NCBI GenBank assembly: GCA_963846575.1
Contig: CAWJWJ010000002.1
Span: 2,656,001-2,720,000 of the forward strand
Source: an uncultured Nitrospiraceae bacterium
Lineage (GTDB): Bacteria > Nitrospirota > Nitrospiria > Nitrospirales > Nitrospiraceae
Reading direction: 5' to 3'
DNA: 64,000 bases
The notes beneath the pieces were generated by a model. It saw only the letters and a program-made list of their open reading frames with translations. It did no database searches and was not told where the DNA came from. Positions 22,697 through 35,182 of the stretch are shown piece after piece (position 1 is the first letter of the stretch; each line of letters opens with the position of its first letter). The position numbers and the translations under genes were made by a program.

Positions 22697-23593
22697 CTAC
22701 CTCTGTAACCTCATGTGGTCCATTTTTTTCTGGATGCTCTGTACGCACACCGGGCAATAGCCGTGAGAAAAGACCGCTTCGGAATGTTCACTGATGTAAA
22801 TCTCTATCGGCACCCATTGGTCGTGATCATCGCGGATCTTTTTGCAGGAGGCGCACACGGAGAGTAATCCTTCAAGACGCTTCAAGTTGGCCAACGCGTC
22901 CTGCAGTTCTTTCAAGAGCCTCGAGCGTTCGTCCTCCTCCTCTTTCTGCTGCGTGATATCTTGCGCGAAGGTCGACGCGCTCACCGTGATTCCGCGCTCG
23001 TCGACGATCGGTGAGATGGTCATCGAAACGCGGCGTTCGCGATGATCCTTGGTCGTCCACACCGTTTCGACCGGCTGGATGTGTTCTCCCTGTTTGACGC
23101 GCGCCAGCAGATCGGCCACTTCCTTCCGATGATCTTCCGGCAGGAGGATCGAGAGCGGTTGCCCCATGATCTCGGCAGCCTGGTAGGCGCAGAGATGTTC
23201 CGCGCCGGGATTCCAGGTTTCAATTTTTCCTTCCAAAGTTGTACTGAGGATTGCCTCGTGGGACGAGGTGACCACCGCCGCCAGGCGTGCGGTCTCCGCG
23301 ATGCTCCGTCGATAATAATAGACCAGTGTTGCCGTGGCCCAGATGGTGATCAACGCCAACTCCCGGTTGGCCAATGCATAGGGAGTCAGAAGACTCACCG
23401 ACGGGATGGGGAAGGAGCCGAGAATGACGAGCACCGAGCTGAGGGCCGCAATCTGCAGCGTGAATGCAGGCCGGGGAGAACGCACCGTAATCAACACCGC
23501 GGCGACGTAGAGCACGCCGCAAGCCACGCCTGTCGGCGTCACCAGGTCAAGGCCGAAGACTAGCCCGGTAATGAGCAGCGTCGTCAAGTCCAA
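22697..23593 (-). CDS. Membrane-anchored PAS-domain sensor lacking a kinase domain
   Basis: N-terminal TM helices, PAS (SSHEAI..WNPGAE..ISPI), C-terminal CASCKKIRDD..FSHGYCPVC motif. Confidence 0.88.
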   Translation of the reverse strand: MDLTTLLITGLVFGLDLVTPTGVACGVLYVAAVLITVRSPRPAFTLQIAALSSVLVILGSFPIPSVSLLTPYALANRELALITIWATATLVYYYRRSIAETARLAAVVTSSHEAILSTTLEGKIETWNPGAEHLCAYQAAEIMGQPLSILLPEDHRKEVADLLARVKQGEHIQPVETVWTTKDHRERRVSMTISPIVDERGITVSASTFAQDITQQKEEEDERSRLLKELQDALANLKRLEGLLSVCASCKKIRDDHDQWVPIEIYISEHSEAVFSHGYCPVCVQSIQKKMDHMRLQR

Positions 23594-23844
23594 CGGCGAC
23601 AGGATCAGATCCTCCCTCAGTTTGTACCGATGGGAATCCGGAAAGGTCTGTCAGCATTCTTACCGACTCGGACAAGACTACGGTAATCACATTTCCTCGT
23701 AAAATCTAGAAAAGTCGGTTATTCAGCACCGGCGGAAATCTGCCGCACCGTAATAATAGGACTGCTGGTGAGGATGTCAGCATGAAGGGATCCGGCGAAC
23801 AGGGAGTCGTGACATCACGGACAGTCAGGCATGGGGGAATTCTT

Positions 23845-24315
23845 TCAAGATAGTTTCGGAGGTTCCTCGCTGGCCAGGGCAACGCGTACTTTGTCCAATA
23901 ACACGTCGCCCGTGAAGGGCTTCTGCAGGAATGAATACTGTCGAAGCAGCCCACTCATCCCACGTCCTCCAAGTTTCCACGTCGAGCTGGCTGACATGAT
24001 CATCAGTCGGCTCGATGGCCGTTTTCTGCGCAACATCGGCAACAGTTTATCCCCGTGCATGCGTGGAGGAGCACTGGCGCTGCTATCCATCTGAACAGAC
24101 CGCGGGTAGAGCATCACGTCGAGGAGGATCAGATCAATTTTCTTCGGATAGTCGGTGCAAACTTGAAGGGCCTCAGCGCTGCCGATGGCCTTCAGTACGA
24201 TATATCCTTGGGCGCCCAGAACGGTCGCGCATAGATCGAGCATGTCCGTATCGTCGTCCACGATAAGCACTGTGGAGGCGTCGGTTGTTGGCATCGATTC
24301 CGTCGTCGTTGTCAT
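23845..24315 (-). CDS. Single-domain response regulator
   Basis: VLIVDDD, IDLILLDV, FLQKPF; GGAGG RBS. Confidence 0.92.
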   Translation of the reverse strand: MTTTTESMPTTDASTVLIVDDDTDMLDLCATVLGAQGYIVLKAIGSAEALQVCTDYPKKIDLILLDVMLYPRSVQMDSSASAPPRMHGDKLLPMLRRKRPSSRLMIMSASSTWKLGGRGMSGLLRQYSFLQKPFTGDVLLDKVRVALASEEPPKLS

Positions 24316-24677
24316 GTACCTCCCGTTTACTGCTGCCGGTCATCCCGCCGGCAGGCTCAAGCCTTTGGACTCTAAGCCGACCACCGGTTCGCTGGTGGAT
24401 TGACATGGCCGCTGTTCAGCAGCGACTGAAGAATATTCTTAGAACCTATGTCTGGAATGTCTGACGGGTTCGCTCTGAAGAGACTGGATGGAGCATGCAC
24501 AACCCTTACGTGACACATCAGTCAAGTTGTCATCGTGCCTCGCAGATTGCACTTCCTCGGGAACCAGGCATTGTTGAGAACTACCCGTCCTGACAGACTA
24601 TTCGAGCCGGTCCCAGTGGCCTCTTTCACCATGCAAACCATAGACTTACCGTAACCTTAGACCGTCCGCCCCTGGAC

Positions 24678-24693
24678 CTAGGATAATCCCTAG
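24678..24693. promoter_or_regulatory. TAGG-N6-CCTAG palindromic operator (best copy)
   Basis: CTAGGATAATCCCTAG in intergenic DNA; related copies recur across the window. Confidence 0.55.
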
Positions 24694-24869
24694 TATGCCC
24701 TCAAATCCACTATTCTCCAAACGAAGGCGCAATTAACACACTTCAAGGGCCAGATGAGATGATTCGCACCGTCAGGAATGACGCGTTCCCCCCCGGCGGA
24801 TGAATCATCCACGAGTCACGCGCGTATTGTGTGCTGCAGAACTGAGGTTCCGCGGTGGCGGACGATCGA

Positions 24870-25061
24870 TCATGTGGACGCCTCATAGTAACTCACCTCG
24901 CAGTGCTGCCCGCACTTGGCACAGTGGCCCTGCCGCTGTCTGAGTTCACCACCGGGTGTCCAGGTATCAAGGAGATTGTCCAAGCGCTCACGATCCTCCG
25001 GCGTGGCCGCCATCGCGACTTTTATCAGGCAGGCCCGGCAATAGGCTACAGGATGATCCAT
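24870..25061 (-). CDS. Small protein with two CxxC motifs (possible zinc ribbon)
   Basis: MDHPVAYCRAC..GHCAKCGQH; no clear RBS. Confidence 0.4.
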   Translation of the reverse strand: MDHPVAYCRACLIKVAMAATPEDRERLDNLLDTWTPGGELRQRQGHCAKCGQHCEVSYYEAST

Positions 25062-25610
25062 GGCTATGAGGTAGCAGGGGAAGAATAATGGACGAAAGCC
25101 TCCCCACCCTTGTTCCGATGCCATGCCCGGCGAGGCCCGGACTGGCGGCGTCGAGGCGGGGCGGGGTTGATCAGGAGCCTGTTGGGCTGTACGAGGATCC
25201 GACAATGCGAGCAGAAGCGTACCGACTCGTCCATAAGAAGAACTCGAAGAGCGATTGGTCCAGTGGTTCAAAGCGACCGCACCTATCGTACCATGGAACC
25301 GTCCAAACGGAGCGGTGCCACGTATCTCGACAAGCGCCTGCATCGAATCCCGAAAATGTCGAATGCTTCTGCGGAGCAGCGCTTGAAACCTGTCCCCGCC
25401 TTATGTGTGCACTTCCGCGCCAGGGCTGTCCTGACCGACTCTCGAGTCTGTCGGCTCCGACAGGATTGACGGTTAGGGGCAGGTCCCTCAGGACAAAGGA
25501 GGGCACAAGGATGCGCCAATGCCTCTCCACTGGGCGAGTATAATGTGATCAGCAACAGAACCTGGTGGGTAAACCAGTCACAGGTTCATGCGTTGTACGC
25601 GGTAGGACAT

Positions 25611-26270
25611 ATGAGAAGGGAGGACGTCATATTATCTCTAACGGCCGCCCTTGAACTCACCCTCGAACGAGGCTGGCAGGGGCTTGCCTGCGTCCTCTTC
25701 TTCTCTATCATGCTCTTCCCATTGCCCGATGTCGCGCAGGCCCAGGCATTCGGGTCGGCGGAGGAGTGCCAAACATATACCGGTGACGCCCATATCAGCT
25801 GCCTGTATGCCTACATTGAGCGGCAGCAGAAAAGGCTTTCGGAGATCGAAGCACAAGTGGGTAGCCCTGGGCAGCAATTCGTGCCGCAGGAAACCATGTT
25901 CCGCGACATCCCCGCGCCGGTGCCGGCATCTGCAGCAGGCCAACGCTACATGGACCCCGCGCTCGCACCAGGCTTTGCCTATGCCGGATACGGATATCCA
26001 GGAATACCTTACTGGTATCCGCCCTACGGTGCGGGATTCGGCCTCTCTGCTTTTCCCGGGTTGGGAATCTCGATCGGTGTGGGTGGCCCAGGTTACTACG
26101 TAAGGCCGTTTAATCGACCGCGTTACCTCTACCGGTCACCCGGATTCTACCGGCCGCGTTTCTCGTTTGGACCTCGATTGTACCGCTCCCATGTCTATCC
26201 GGGTTCCCGATTCTATTCCGGTTCCCGCTTCCACTCCGGCTACCGATCTTTCGGTCGTCACCACCGATAA
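25611..26270 (+). CDS. Exported protein with Tyr/Gly/Pro/Arg-rich low-complexity C-terminus
   Basis: Hydrophobic segment ending AQA, Cys pair, short coiled coil, repetitive YPG/SRFYSG tail; TATAAT near 25538. Confidence 0.75.
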   Translation: MRREDVILSLTAALELTLERGWQGLACVLFFSIMLFPLPDVAQAQAFGSAEECQTYTGDAHISCLYAYIERQQKRLSEIEAQVGSPGQQFVPQETMFRDIPAPVPASAAGQRYMDPALAPGFAYAGYGYPGIPYWYPPYGAGFGLSAFPGLGISIGVGGPGYYVRPFNRPRYLYRSPGFYRPRFSFGPRLYRSHVYPGSRFYSGSRFHSGYRSFGRHHR

Positions 26271-26512
26271 GCAGCCACACAGTCAGCAGGAAGATCATGC
26301 TGGAGGAGCAACGTCCTATGGACCCGTGTACCGGAGCGGGGCCAAGGCCGAAACCTTGTCCGTCCTAGCCCCTCGGTCTCTGCACCCGCGGCCAGGCGCA
26401 AGACCCTGCCCTCTCCAACGGCCCTGGAGTCAGGGAGCACATTTGCGGAGTGGAGGAATTCCCGCCTGGCCTGCTACTGACCCTGTGTCTCTCTTTTGGT
26501 CTGGAGGTCTCG

Positions 26513-26722
26513 CTATTCGGCCTGAACGCAAATACCATCAAGCCTGGCGATGACGACGTTTTTGTACCGATAAGTCTTCTCTGCCCAGGAAGCCAACTCC
26601 TTAAGCGCGCGATCGCATGCTTCCTTGGACGAGAATTCCACGGTCTGAATAGCCGGACCGAACGGACTGGTATCGTTACCACTCCCGACAGTCAGGAAAA
26701 ATAGGAAGAGAATCCATTTCAT
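26513..26722 (-). CDS. Small exported hypothetical protein, 69 aa
   Basis: MKWILFLFFL leader, VEFSSKEAC and C-terminal GICV. Confidence 0.65.
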   Translation of the reverse strand: MKWILFLFFLTVGSGNDTSPFGPAIQTVEFSSKEACDRALKELASWAEKTYRYKNVVIARLDGICVQAE

Positions 26723-27258
26723 CACTGAACCAACCAGCCGCGGACTGTGAAGGCCCACCTCTCATCCTAAGCGAGGTAGTGCGAAGGCAGGCCTGAGATC
26801 AGTGATACCACATTTACGATCCATCTCTTCACGTCTCCCGCCCTACTCCGTTTCGACGCGTCATGACGTAGTCGCTGCGGCTCTCATCGATCATGGCCGG
26901 GACAGATTGATGTGCTTTGCCGCACATGGCGTCCTCTCGTCCTGTCATACACATTTCACATCAGCTCAATTCTTCTGTGCCGCCGTGCTGTAAGACTAGC
27001 CCCATGCTAAAACCGCCCAGGCAACTGCTCTTACCTTCGATCCAGATCGGGGTCATGGCAAGATGACTGTCCATGTACCGCTGCCGTGATGGTGGCGGGC
27101 GCTTCTATCAGTTTCGCCGGGGGTCTCAGTCAGACTTCATATTTCCTGCCGCCTCGCGGCCAATCCAGATCATGAGTGCTCCGCTCAACAACGACTCGCT
27201 AAACCCGTTGTGCCCATTTGATCAGAGGAGCCGATGGGACAACGGTCGCCTCGAACGG

Positions 27259-29759
<2,501 letters not shown>

Positions 29760-29834
29760 CTAGTGATTGATTGAAGGTCGGGCTTACTCTGAATCAGAAG
29801 ATGGCCTGTATGTAGGTTCATTCTACTCCTTGGT

Positions 29835-30030
29835 TCATTCCGCGAGACACTCGGGACAGATGGGTGAAGCTGTCCGCCGCCTTATCGCTCTGGTAACCCA
29901 GGTCGGTGCTGGCAGGTAAAGGTGTCTTCGACGGCGCACTCGACGTCCACCGTTTCTTGCAAGACCCACAGATCACGAGATGGTAGTTGTCACCGGCCCT
30001 ATCCAGACCGAACGGCCGATACTCCTCCCC
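29835..30030 (-). pseudogene. Relic of a FurA-type Fur-family regulator (C-terminal half)
   Basis: Across frameshifts it reads RAGDNYHLVICGSCKK-VDVECAVED-LPASTDLGYQSDKA-ICPECLAE*, matching the FurA pattern GDNHHHxxCxxC..VDCAV..CPxC; directly upstream of katG. Confidence 0.7.
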
Positions 30031-30513
30031 GAGAGCGCCGTCGCAATTCTGCAAAGTAGATGCGTGCGCTTCAGAGCCTGGTTACGCGGCGAAGCTCATA
30101 TGACGATTGTTATGGCAAGGATTATTCCCCGATCGGAGGCGGCACGGACGGCGTCACAAAGATCCTGTATTCGTGAGACTTCTCCCGCTGATGCAGGTCG
30201 AACCCATGTGCCGTGCCGGGATGCTTTGGGGCAATTGGGGGCAGCCAACTACTCTCTCGAGGGCAAGACTCCCCAAAAAACCGCGCCAGGACGACCATTG
30301 CACGGGTTAGGCTCTGGGGGAAACTGCTGAGAACGGGGAATCAGTGACCGGCAGATCAAACCACTCAGACTTCTTCGCCAGCATCATCCTGCTCAACCAA
30401 TCGTGCAGGGGCGACGTTGGGAACACGCAGTTGCTCCAAGCTGAAGTCATGTTCCATGTTCTCACGGCATCCTGCAGCATCCGCTTCCCCGCAATTCTGC
30501 GAAGGACCTGGAA

Positions 30514-31239
30514 TCAGGCTTCCGCCGCACCGTAACCGGCCAGCTCGTGATCGTTCATGGCGAGGACTGTCTCCCATTCCGTATCGAAGCGACCATCCTC
30601 GATTTCCTTGATCCGGGTCTCCAGGCCCGAAGCCTTCTCCGTCAAATGGGCCCCTTGCACCCGACTGGCAAAGAGCGCAACGAGGTTGGGAGCAATGTCG
30701 GCAGGACAGACCGGGTTACACATCCCGCACATCACACAGTCCATAAACATCTCGGAGACGCTTTTGAATTCCCCGAACACCGCTTTCCAGACGCCGGCTC
30801 GCACGTCGATTTTCTGGGGGCAGGCCTGCGTGCAGGCGTCACAGTTTTTGCAGAGCGGCGCTTCAGGATAGAGAGCGAGCAGGTCTTTTTTGGGATCCTT
30901 CAGCGTGTGAATGTCATACAGAGCCTTGCGGACCGGGAACGGAGGCATGAACCTGAAAGACATGCCGTCCTGGATGGCCAGTTGGCAGGCCAGACCCGAC
31001 CGGACCTTAGGATCATCCTTCGTGTGATAGTAGGTTGCGCAAGCGCCGCAAAACCCGCCGAGGCAGCCCGCTCCCCGCACCACCTCGCGGCCCGAGAACC
31101 ACAAGGCTTTCAGCGCCGTCATCCCCTCCGGGACCTGATAGGCTGTGCCGGCAAAGTCGATGGTTACCAACCTCCCGAGGTGCCCGTCGGCTTGATCAAT
31201 AATGTTGGCGTCTTCTTGTGTCATGCGGCACTGAGTCAT
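30514..31239 (-). CDS. Iron-sulfur protein with 2Fe-2S and 4Fe-4S motifs (SdhB/FrdB-like)
   Basis: GCLGGFCGAC..LAC, CKNCDACTQACP, CVMCGMCNPVCP. Confidence 0.88.
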   Translation of the reverse strand: MTQCRMTQEDANIIDQADGHLGRLVTIDFAGTAYQVPEGMTALKALWFSGREVVRGAGCLGGFCGACATYYHTKDDPKVRSGLACQLAIQDGMSFRFMPPFPVRKALYDIHTLKDPKKDLLALYPEAPLCKNCDACTQACPQKIDVRAGVWKAVFGEFKSVSEMFMDCVMCGMCNPVCPADIAPNLVALFASRVQGAHLTEKASGLETRIKEIEDGRFDTEWETVLAMNDHELAGYGAAEA

Positions 31240-31694
31240 TGCAAAAGAGGCGCGCTTCGTTCCCCCCTACCGGAAGGTCCAGGCGCAGCCACCTGTCAGT
31301 ATGTCACAGGAGAGTCGTATGAGGAAATCTCGATTCGCCCAGGGTAGGTGACGCGCAGTCTCAGAATAGTGCGAACGGGCGACTCGGAACTTCTGTTTCT
31401 TGCCGACCCGGGTCATCGGCGCCTCTTGAGAGGCAGCAGTCGACCATGGCGTATTCAGATCACCGGCGTAGGTCGGCTAAGGCCAAAGGCCGCCGATGAA
31501 TCCGCATGAGCTTCCACACGAGTTCAGCCTCCGGAGTGTCACCCCGATCCATCCATCAGTCTTGAGACGGACATGAGCCATCGAACGGACTGACCATGCT
31601 CACACGGCATCAATTGGTGCCGCAATTCAAGACAACAGGGCAGTTCAGCGCCTCACTCGATTGACCCGGGCGAGACATTTTCCCCCGACCGGCC

Positions 31695-31738
31695 CTTGAT
31701 TTTTTCCCCGCCACACTTACCTCCGCCATAGCAGAGGT
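31695..31738 (+). promoter_or_regulatory. Candidate heat-shock promoter plus conserved 20-bp element upstream of hsp20 copy 1
   Basis: CTTG-N17-CTTACCT then ACCTCCGCCATAGCAGAGGT, identical upstream of the second hsp20. Confidence 0.6.
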
Positions 31739-31776
31739 ACAAGAGATCAATTAATAACGTACACAGGAGGTGCACC

Positions 31777-32232
31777 ATGGCAGTTGTGAGATGGGACCCC
31801 TTGCGGGAGTTGGAGGAAATGTCCGATCGACTCAACCGGGTCATATCGAGACCGGGCGGTGGGCCAGTCGGCACTAACGGCAAAGAAACGATGACCGTAG
31901 CGGACTGGATCCCCACTGTGGACATCAGCGAAACTGAAGCAGAATACACAATTCTGGCCGAACTCCCTGGAGTGAAAAAGCAGGACGTGAAGGTCACGGT
32001 TGAAAACGGCGTCCTTACGATTCAAGGGGATCGGCACCAACAGGCCGTGGAGAACGGCAAAAAGTACCATCGGATCGAGCGTTCCTACGGACGGTTTGTC
32101 AGGAGTTTTACGCTTCCTGAAACCGTTGACGAGGGCAAGGTCCAGGCGGAATATGCGGAAGGGATGCTGCATCTGCGTCTCCCGAAATCCGAAAAGGCCA
32201 AGCCTAGGCAGATCGAAGTGAAAATCGCCTAA
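31777..32232 (+). CDS. Hsp20/alpha-crystallin small heat shock protein
   Basis: AGGAGG RBS; WIPTVDISET, AELPGV, ERSYGRFVRSFTLP, PRQIEV. Confidence 0.96.
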   Translation: MAVVRWDPLRELEEMSDRLNRVISRPGGGPVGTNGKETMTVADWIPTVDISETEAEYTILAELPGVKKQDVKVTVENGVLTIQGDRHQQAVENGKKYHRIERSYGRFVRSFTLPETVDEGKVQAEYAEGMLHLRLPKSEKAKPRQIEVKIA

Positions 32233-32248
32233 GGCGTTACGCGGGCAC

Positions 32249-32274
32249 GGAGGCCCGCTCAACTGCGGGCCTCC
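32249..32274 (+). terminator. Stem-loop after hsp20
   Basis: GGAGGCCCGC-TCAACT-GCGGGCCTCC, perfect 10-bp stem; no U tract. Confidence 0.55.
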
Positions 32275-32482
32275 AGCGCGACTTCACCCAAGGCTGAAGC
32301 CGCCACTCGAACTCGGCCGAACTGCGGCCGGTCTCCCACCTGAGTCTTGACTCAATTTTTGATTATGTACAGACAATTGAGAAGCAGATGGTACTCTTGA
32401 TGAGAACGTCCTTGCGCGTGCGATAAGGCCCTCCACAAGGCCAGCATCGCGGGAGGGTGGCTACCGGTCGTTTCGGATTATC

Positions 32483-32944
32483 ATGACTCTACGACTCAGC
32501 CTTCTCGTCCTGCTTAGTATCTTCTGCCTCCTTCTCGGAGCGGGGTACCTGGCCGGCATTTCCTATACCGACTTGCTTCCGCGCACGTTCTCACTCGACA
32601 CGTCCTCACTTGAATCGTCGCGCGCGTCGTCGGGCCTCACCATGAACCTGCCTCGCGTCGTCGTGTCCGTAGATGACGGCCGGCAGTTCTATTACATTCA
32701 AGCGAATATTGCGCTGGAGATTAACCGCGCGTCGACCGCCCCCTTGATCCGCGCCCGCCACGAGATGATCGATCGGCAAATCATGGACCTCTTCCACACC
32801 TATTCAGTCAAAGACCTGCGTGCTGCCGGACAGCCATCGGCACTACGAGCGGACATCAAACGCACCATCAACAACCTGCTTCCGCAGGGGCAGGTTCAGA
32901 ATGTCTATATCACCAATTGGGTGATGATCCCGGCACAGTACTGA
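32483..32944 (+). CDS. fliL: FliL-family protein (orphan)
   Basis: N-terminal TM helix, YIQANIALE, IKRTINNLLPQGQVQNVYITNWV. Confidence 0.8.
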   Translation: MTLRLSLLVLLSIFCLLLGAGYLAGISYTDLLPRTFSLDTSSLESSRASSGLTMNLPRVVVSVDDGRQFYYIQANIALEINRASTAPLIRARHEMIDRQIMDLFHTYSVKDLRAAGQPSALRADIKRTINNLLPQGQVQNVYITNWVMIPAQY

Positions 32945-32989
32945 CTCGATACGGCCATGAACTTTGGCCGGCAAGTTGACCTCTCGCCC

Positions 32990-33220
32990 TGTGCCTTGGT
33001 TGAGTCGCTGACCGGGCTCGACGAGCGACTGGAGATCACTCAAACCGGCTACGGTTATCGAGAATATCCGACCCCACTTCCGAGCATCCTGGCAGAGCAT
33101 AAGGACAGGACGGATCAACCCTCCCTGCCCGATCTTGGGAACGCTGTTCCACGGCGGTCGCATTCCGCTGACGCCAGTAGTAAGGCCAGCAGGTACCTAT
33201 TATGAGTGTAAAGGTATGAG
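32990..33220 (+). pseudogene. Relic of recombinase C-terminus (copy 1)
   Basis: Shares TCGCATTCCGCTGACGCCAGTAG and AGGTACCTATTATGAGT with 62796-63143. Confidence 0.6.
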
Positions 33221-33245
33221 GTTACAGGGACGGCCCCGGTCGGTT

Positions 33246-33737
33246 TCATTCACCGTACGTTTGCTCCGGCGTCCCGCCTTCCGTCGTGGGCGCATTCCGG
33301 CTGATGGCTTGCTTCGCCGTCTGAACGGCCACGCCTAGTTCCTCCGCTTCTTGCGCCGTCATGACTGCCTGGGTTTGGCGGAAGAGCGAATTTTCCTCGG
33401 CGGCAACATGAGTCTCGACGAGCTTGTGTAAGTCCTGGAATTTCGATACCCACCTATGGTCGTACACCGGAAATGTCTCCAGTTCATCCAGGAGAATTTT
33501 GATCCGGCGATGCGCTTCGAGGGCATCATGTGCCTCATCTCGTGTAGGCTCTGCCTGCTGGAAGACACGATAGACGTGCAAATCCTCCACGGCTGCGTGG
33601 AGGTCCAACTCACTCTTGAGTTGCCCGAACAACCGATGGCGTTCTGGCGAGTCAGGCTCTGCGAACCCGCGTTGGATTTGTTGAAACAGGGACGCGACGT
33701 GCTCGTGATCACGTCGCAAGAGTGTCACGAAATCCAT
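33246..33737 (-). CDS. Hemerythrin-like (HHE) domain protein
   Basis: LLRRDHEHV, HAAVED, EAHRRI, HVAAEE; AAGGAG RBS. Confidence 0.9.
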   Translation of the reverse strand: MDFVTLLRRDHEHVASLFQQIQRGFAEPDSPERHRLFGQLKSELDLHAAVEDLHVYRVFQQAEPTRDEAHDALEAHRRIKILLDELETFPVYDHRWVSKFQDLHKLVETHVAAEENSLFRQTQAVMTAQEAEELGVAVQTAKQAISRNAPTTEGGTPEQTYGE

Positions 33738-33820
33738 GGGATCTCCTTTCGGTTTCCACAGGACCGCTCAGGCCGGATGTTCGTAGGCGCCCACACGCGG
33801 CACTCAACCTTCTAGCTCCA

Positions 33821-34300
33821 TCAGACAGCCGAAGGGCCGGATGGCTCCATCGCTTGCCATAGTCCCAACGAGGTCAGGGTGGCATAGACGTCCGTCCGCC
33901 CTTTGTCTGGCCTGATCACCATACGCACATGAGTCACCTGGTCTTGCGCGATGTCCCACCTTTCTGTTTCCCAGGTCGCTCCATTCGGGCTGAAGGTAAA
34001 TTCCTGACGGACGACCTCGCGATACGTGAGGCCGCCGTCTGAGGACAGCGCGAGTTGCACCTCTTGAGTGCGTGCAATTTCCCGTTCTTCCACTTCCATG
34101 GCGATGCGGGCAAGGGCACATGGTGCCTTGAACGCCACGGTGATCGTTTGTTCCCCGGGATCACCGGCTTTCCAGTACGTCGCACCCGGCCCGTCACCGT
34201 CATCGAATGCCAACAAAATCGGATGCGCCTCATCCTCGGAGCTGGCCCGCACCTCGGCGAAGGCCAGCAGGGGCAATTTTTGTAATTGTAATTGAGCCAT
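33821..34300 (-). CDS. Hypothetical protein with discoidin/galactose-binding-like fold
   Basis: SSEDEAHPILLAFD, WKAGDPGEQTI, SSDGGLTYREVVRQEFTFSP. Confidence 0.75.
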   Translation of the reverse strand: MAQLQLQKLPLLAFAEVRASSEDEAHPILLAFDDGDGPGATYWKAGDPGEQTITVAFKAPCALARIAMEVEEREIARTQEVQLALSSDGGLTYREVVRQEFTFSPNGATWETERWDIAQDQVTHVRMVIRPDKGRTDVYATLTSLGLWQAMEPSGPSAV

Positions 34301-34334
34301 AGCCGATGTTGGACCGCCCCGGGAATGAAGAACA

Positions 34335-34420
34335 GTAGGGAGGCCCCTAGGGGACCTTACCGAAAAGCCAGGTCAACGACCATGCTGGTCGCAGCGGGAG
34401 GCGCTTAGAGGGCCCCCTTG
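34335..34420. promoter_or_regulatory. Two TAGG-N6-CCTAG-type boxes between divergent genes
   Basis: GTAGGGAGGCCCCTAG (34335-34350) and TTAGAGGGCCCCCTTG (34405-34420). Confidence 0.5.
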
Positions 34421-34476
34421 ACTCAAGTCCTAAAAAACTTATTGAAGTAATGATCCTCATTGGACTGAGGTGGATC

Positions 34477-34872
34477 ATGCAATCCCAGCGATCAATTAAA
34501 AAGCTAGTACCTCTGAGTGTCGCATTGTTGTGGCTGTTCGCAGAGCCGGCTGCAGGTGCGGAAGGCGGAACTTACGAGACCATGCACGAAGTCATCGGCC
34601 AGACCGAATTGGTACTGAAACGAGCCGCGAAAGAAAGTCCCCAATGGCATCGTCGACAGGACGCGATTCAACGCGACGTGGAGGACATCACATTCTTCGT
34701 GGACCGCGCGCTAAAAGCTTCAAAAAACCTCAATGCTGCCGCAAGGAATGACTACGCGGAGCAGGCGCTCAGGCTACTTCAACGAGCCGTGAGGCGAGGG
34801 CACTTTGATCCCAAGGACATTGAACCGGTGCTGACTCTGATACGCGAACTGTTGCCCAACGTGGCTGCATGA
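34477..34872 (+). CDS. Exported helical hypothetical protein
   Basis: GAGGTGG RBS, signal peptide, amphipathic helices. Confidence 0.75.
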   Translation: MQSQRSIKKLVPLSVALLWLFAEPAAGAEGGTYETMHEVIGQTELVLKRAAKESPQWHRRQDAIQRDVEDITFFVDRALKASKNLNAAARNDYAEQALRLLQRAVRRGHFDPKDIEPVLTLIRELLPNVAA

Positions 34873-35182
34873 GGGTGGAGCCGGCTGTGACCGAGTGGCA
34901 GCATAATCTGTTTATCTGACGGATGAAGTAGCCTAAGGTCAACGAAGCCTGTGCCGGCTTCCACTGCCCTTCGCCGAGTCCATCGCTCAGCCGGAGATCT
35001 TCCCTGCGTTACCCTGAGGCACTCACAATAAGGAACCTGGCGCCTGCCGCGCACTATCGTGGGTACGCTCACATTGCATCATGGCATGCACGCGTTAGGG
35101 CGGCAGGCGCCTGTCGGTTACCGCCAGGACGGAGTACTCAGACGCTCACGCAGCTTCGCCCAGGCATTGCTGAGGGGATTGG

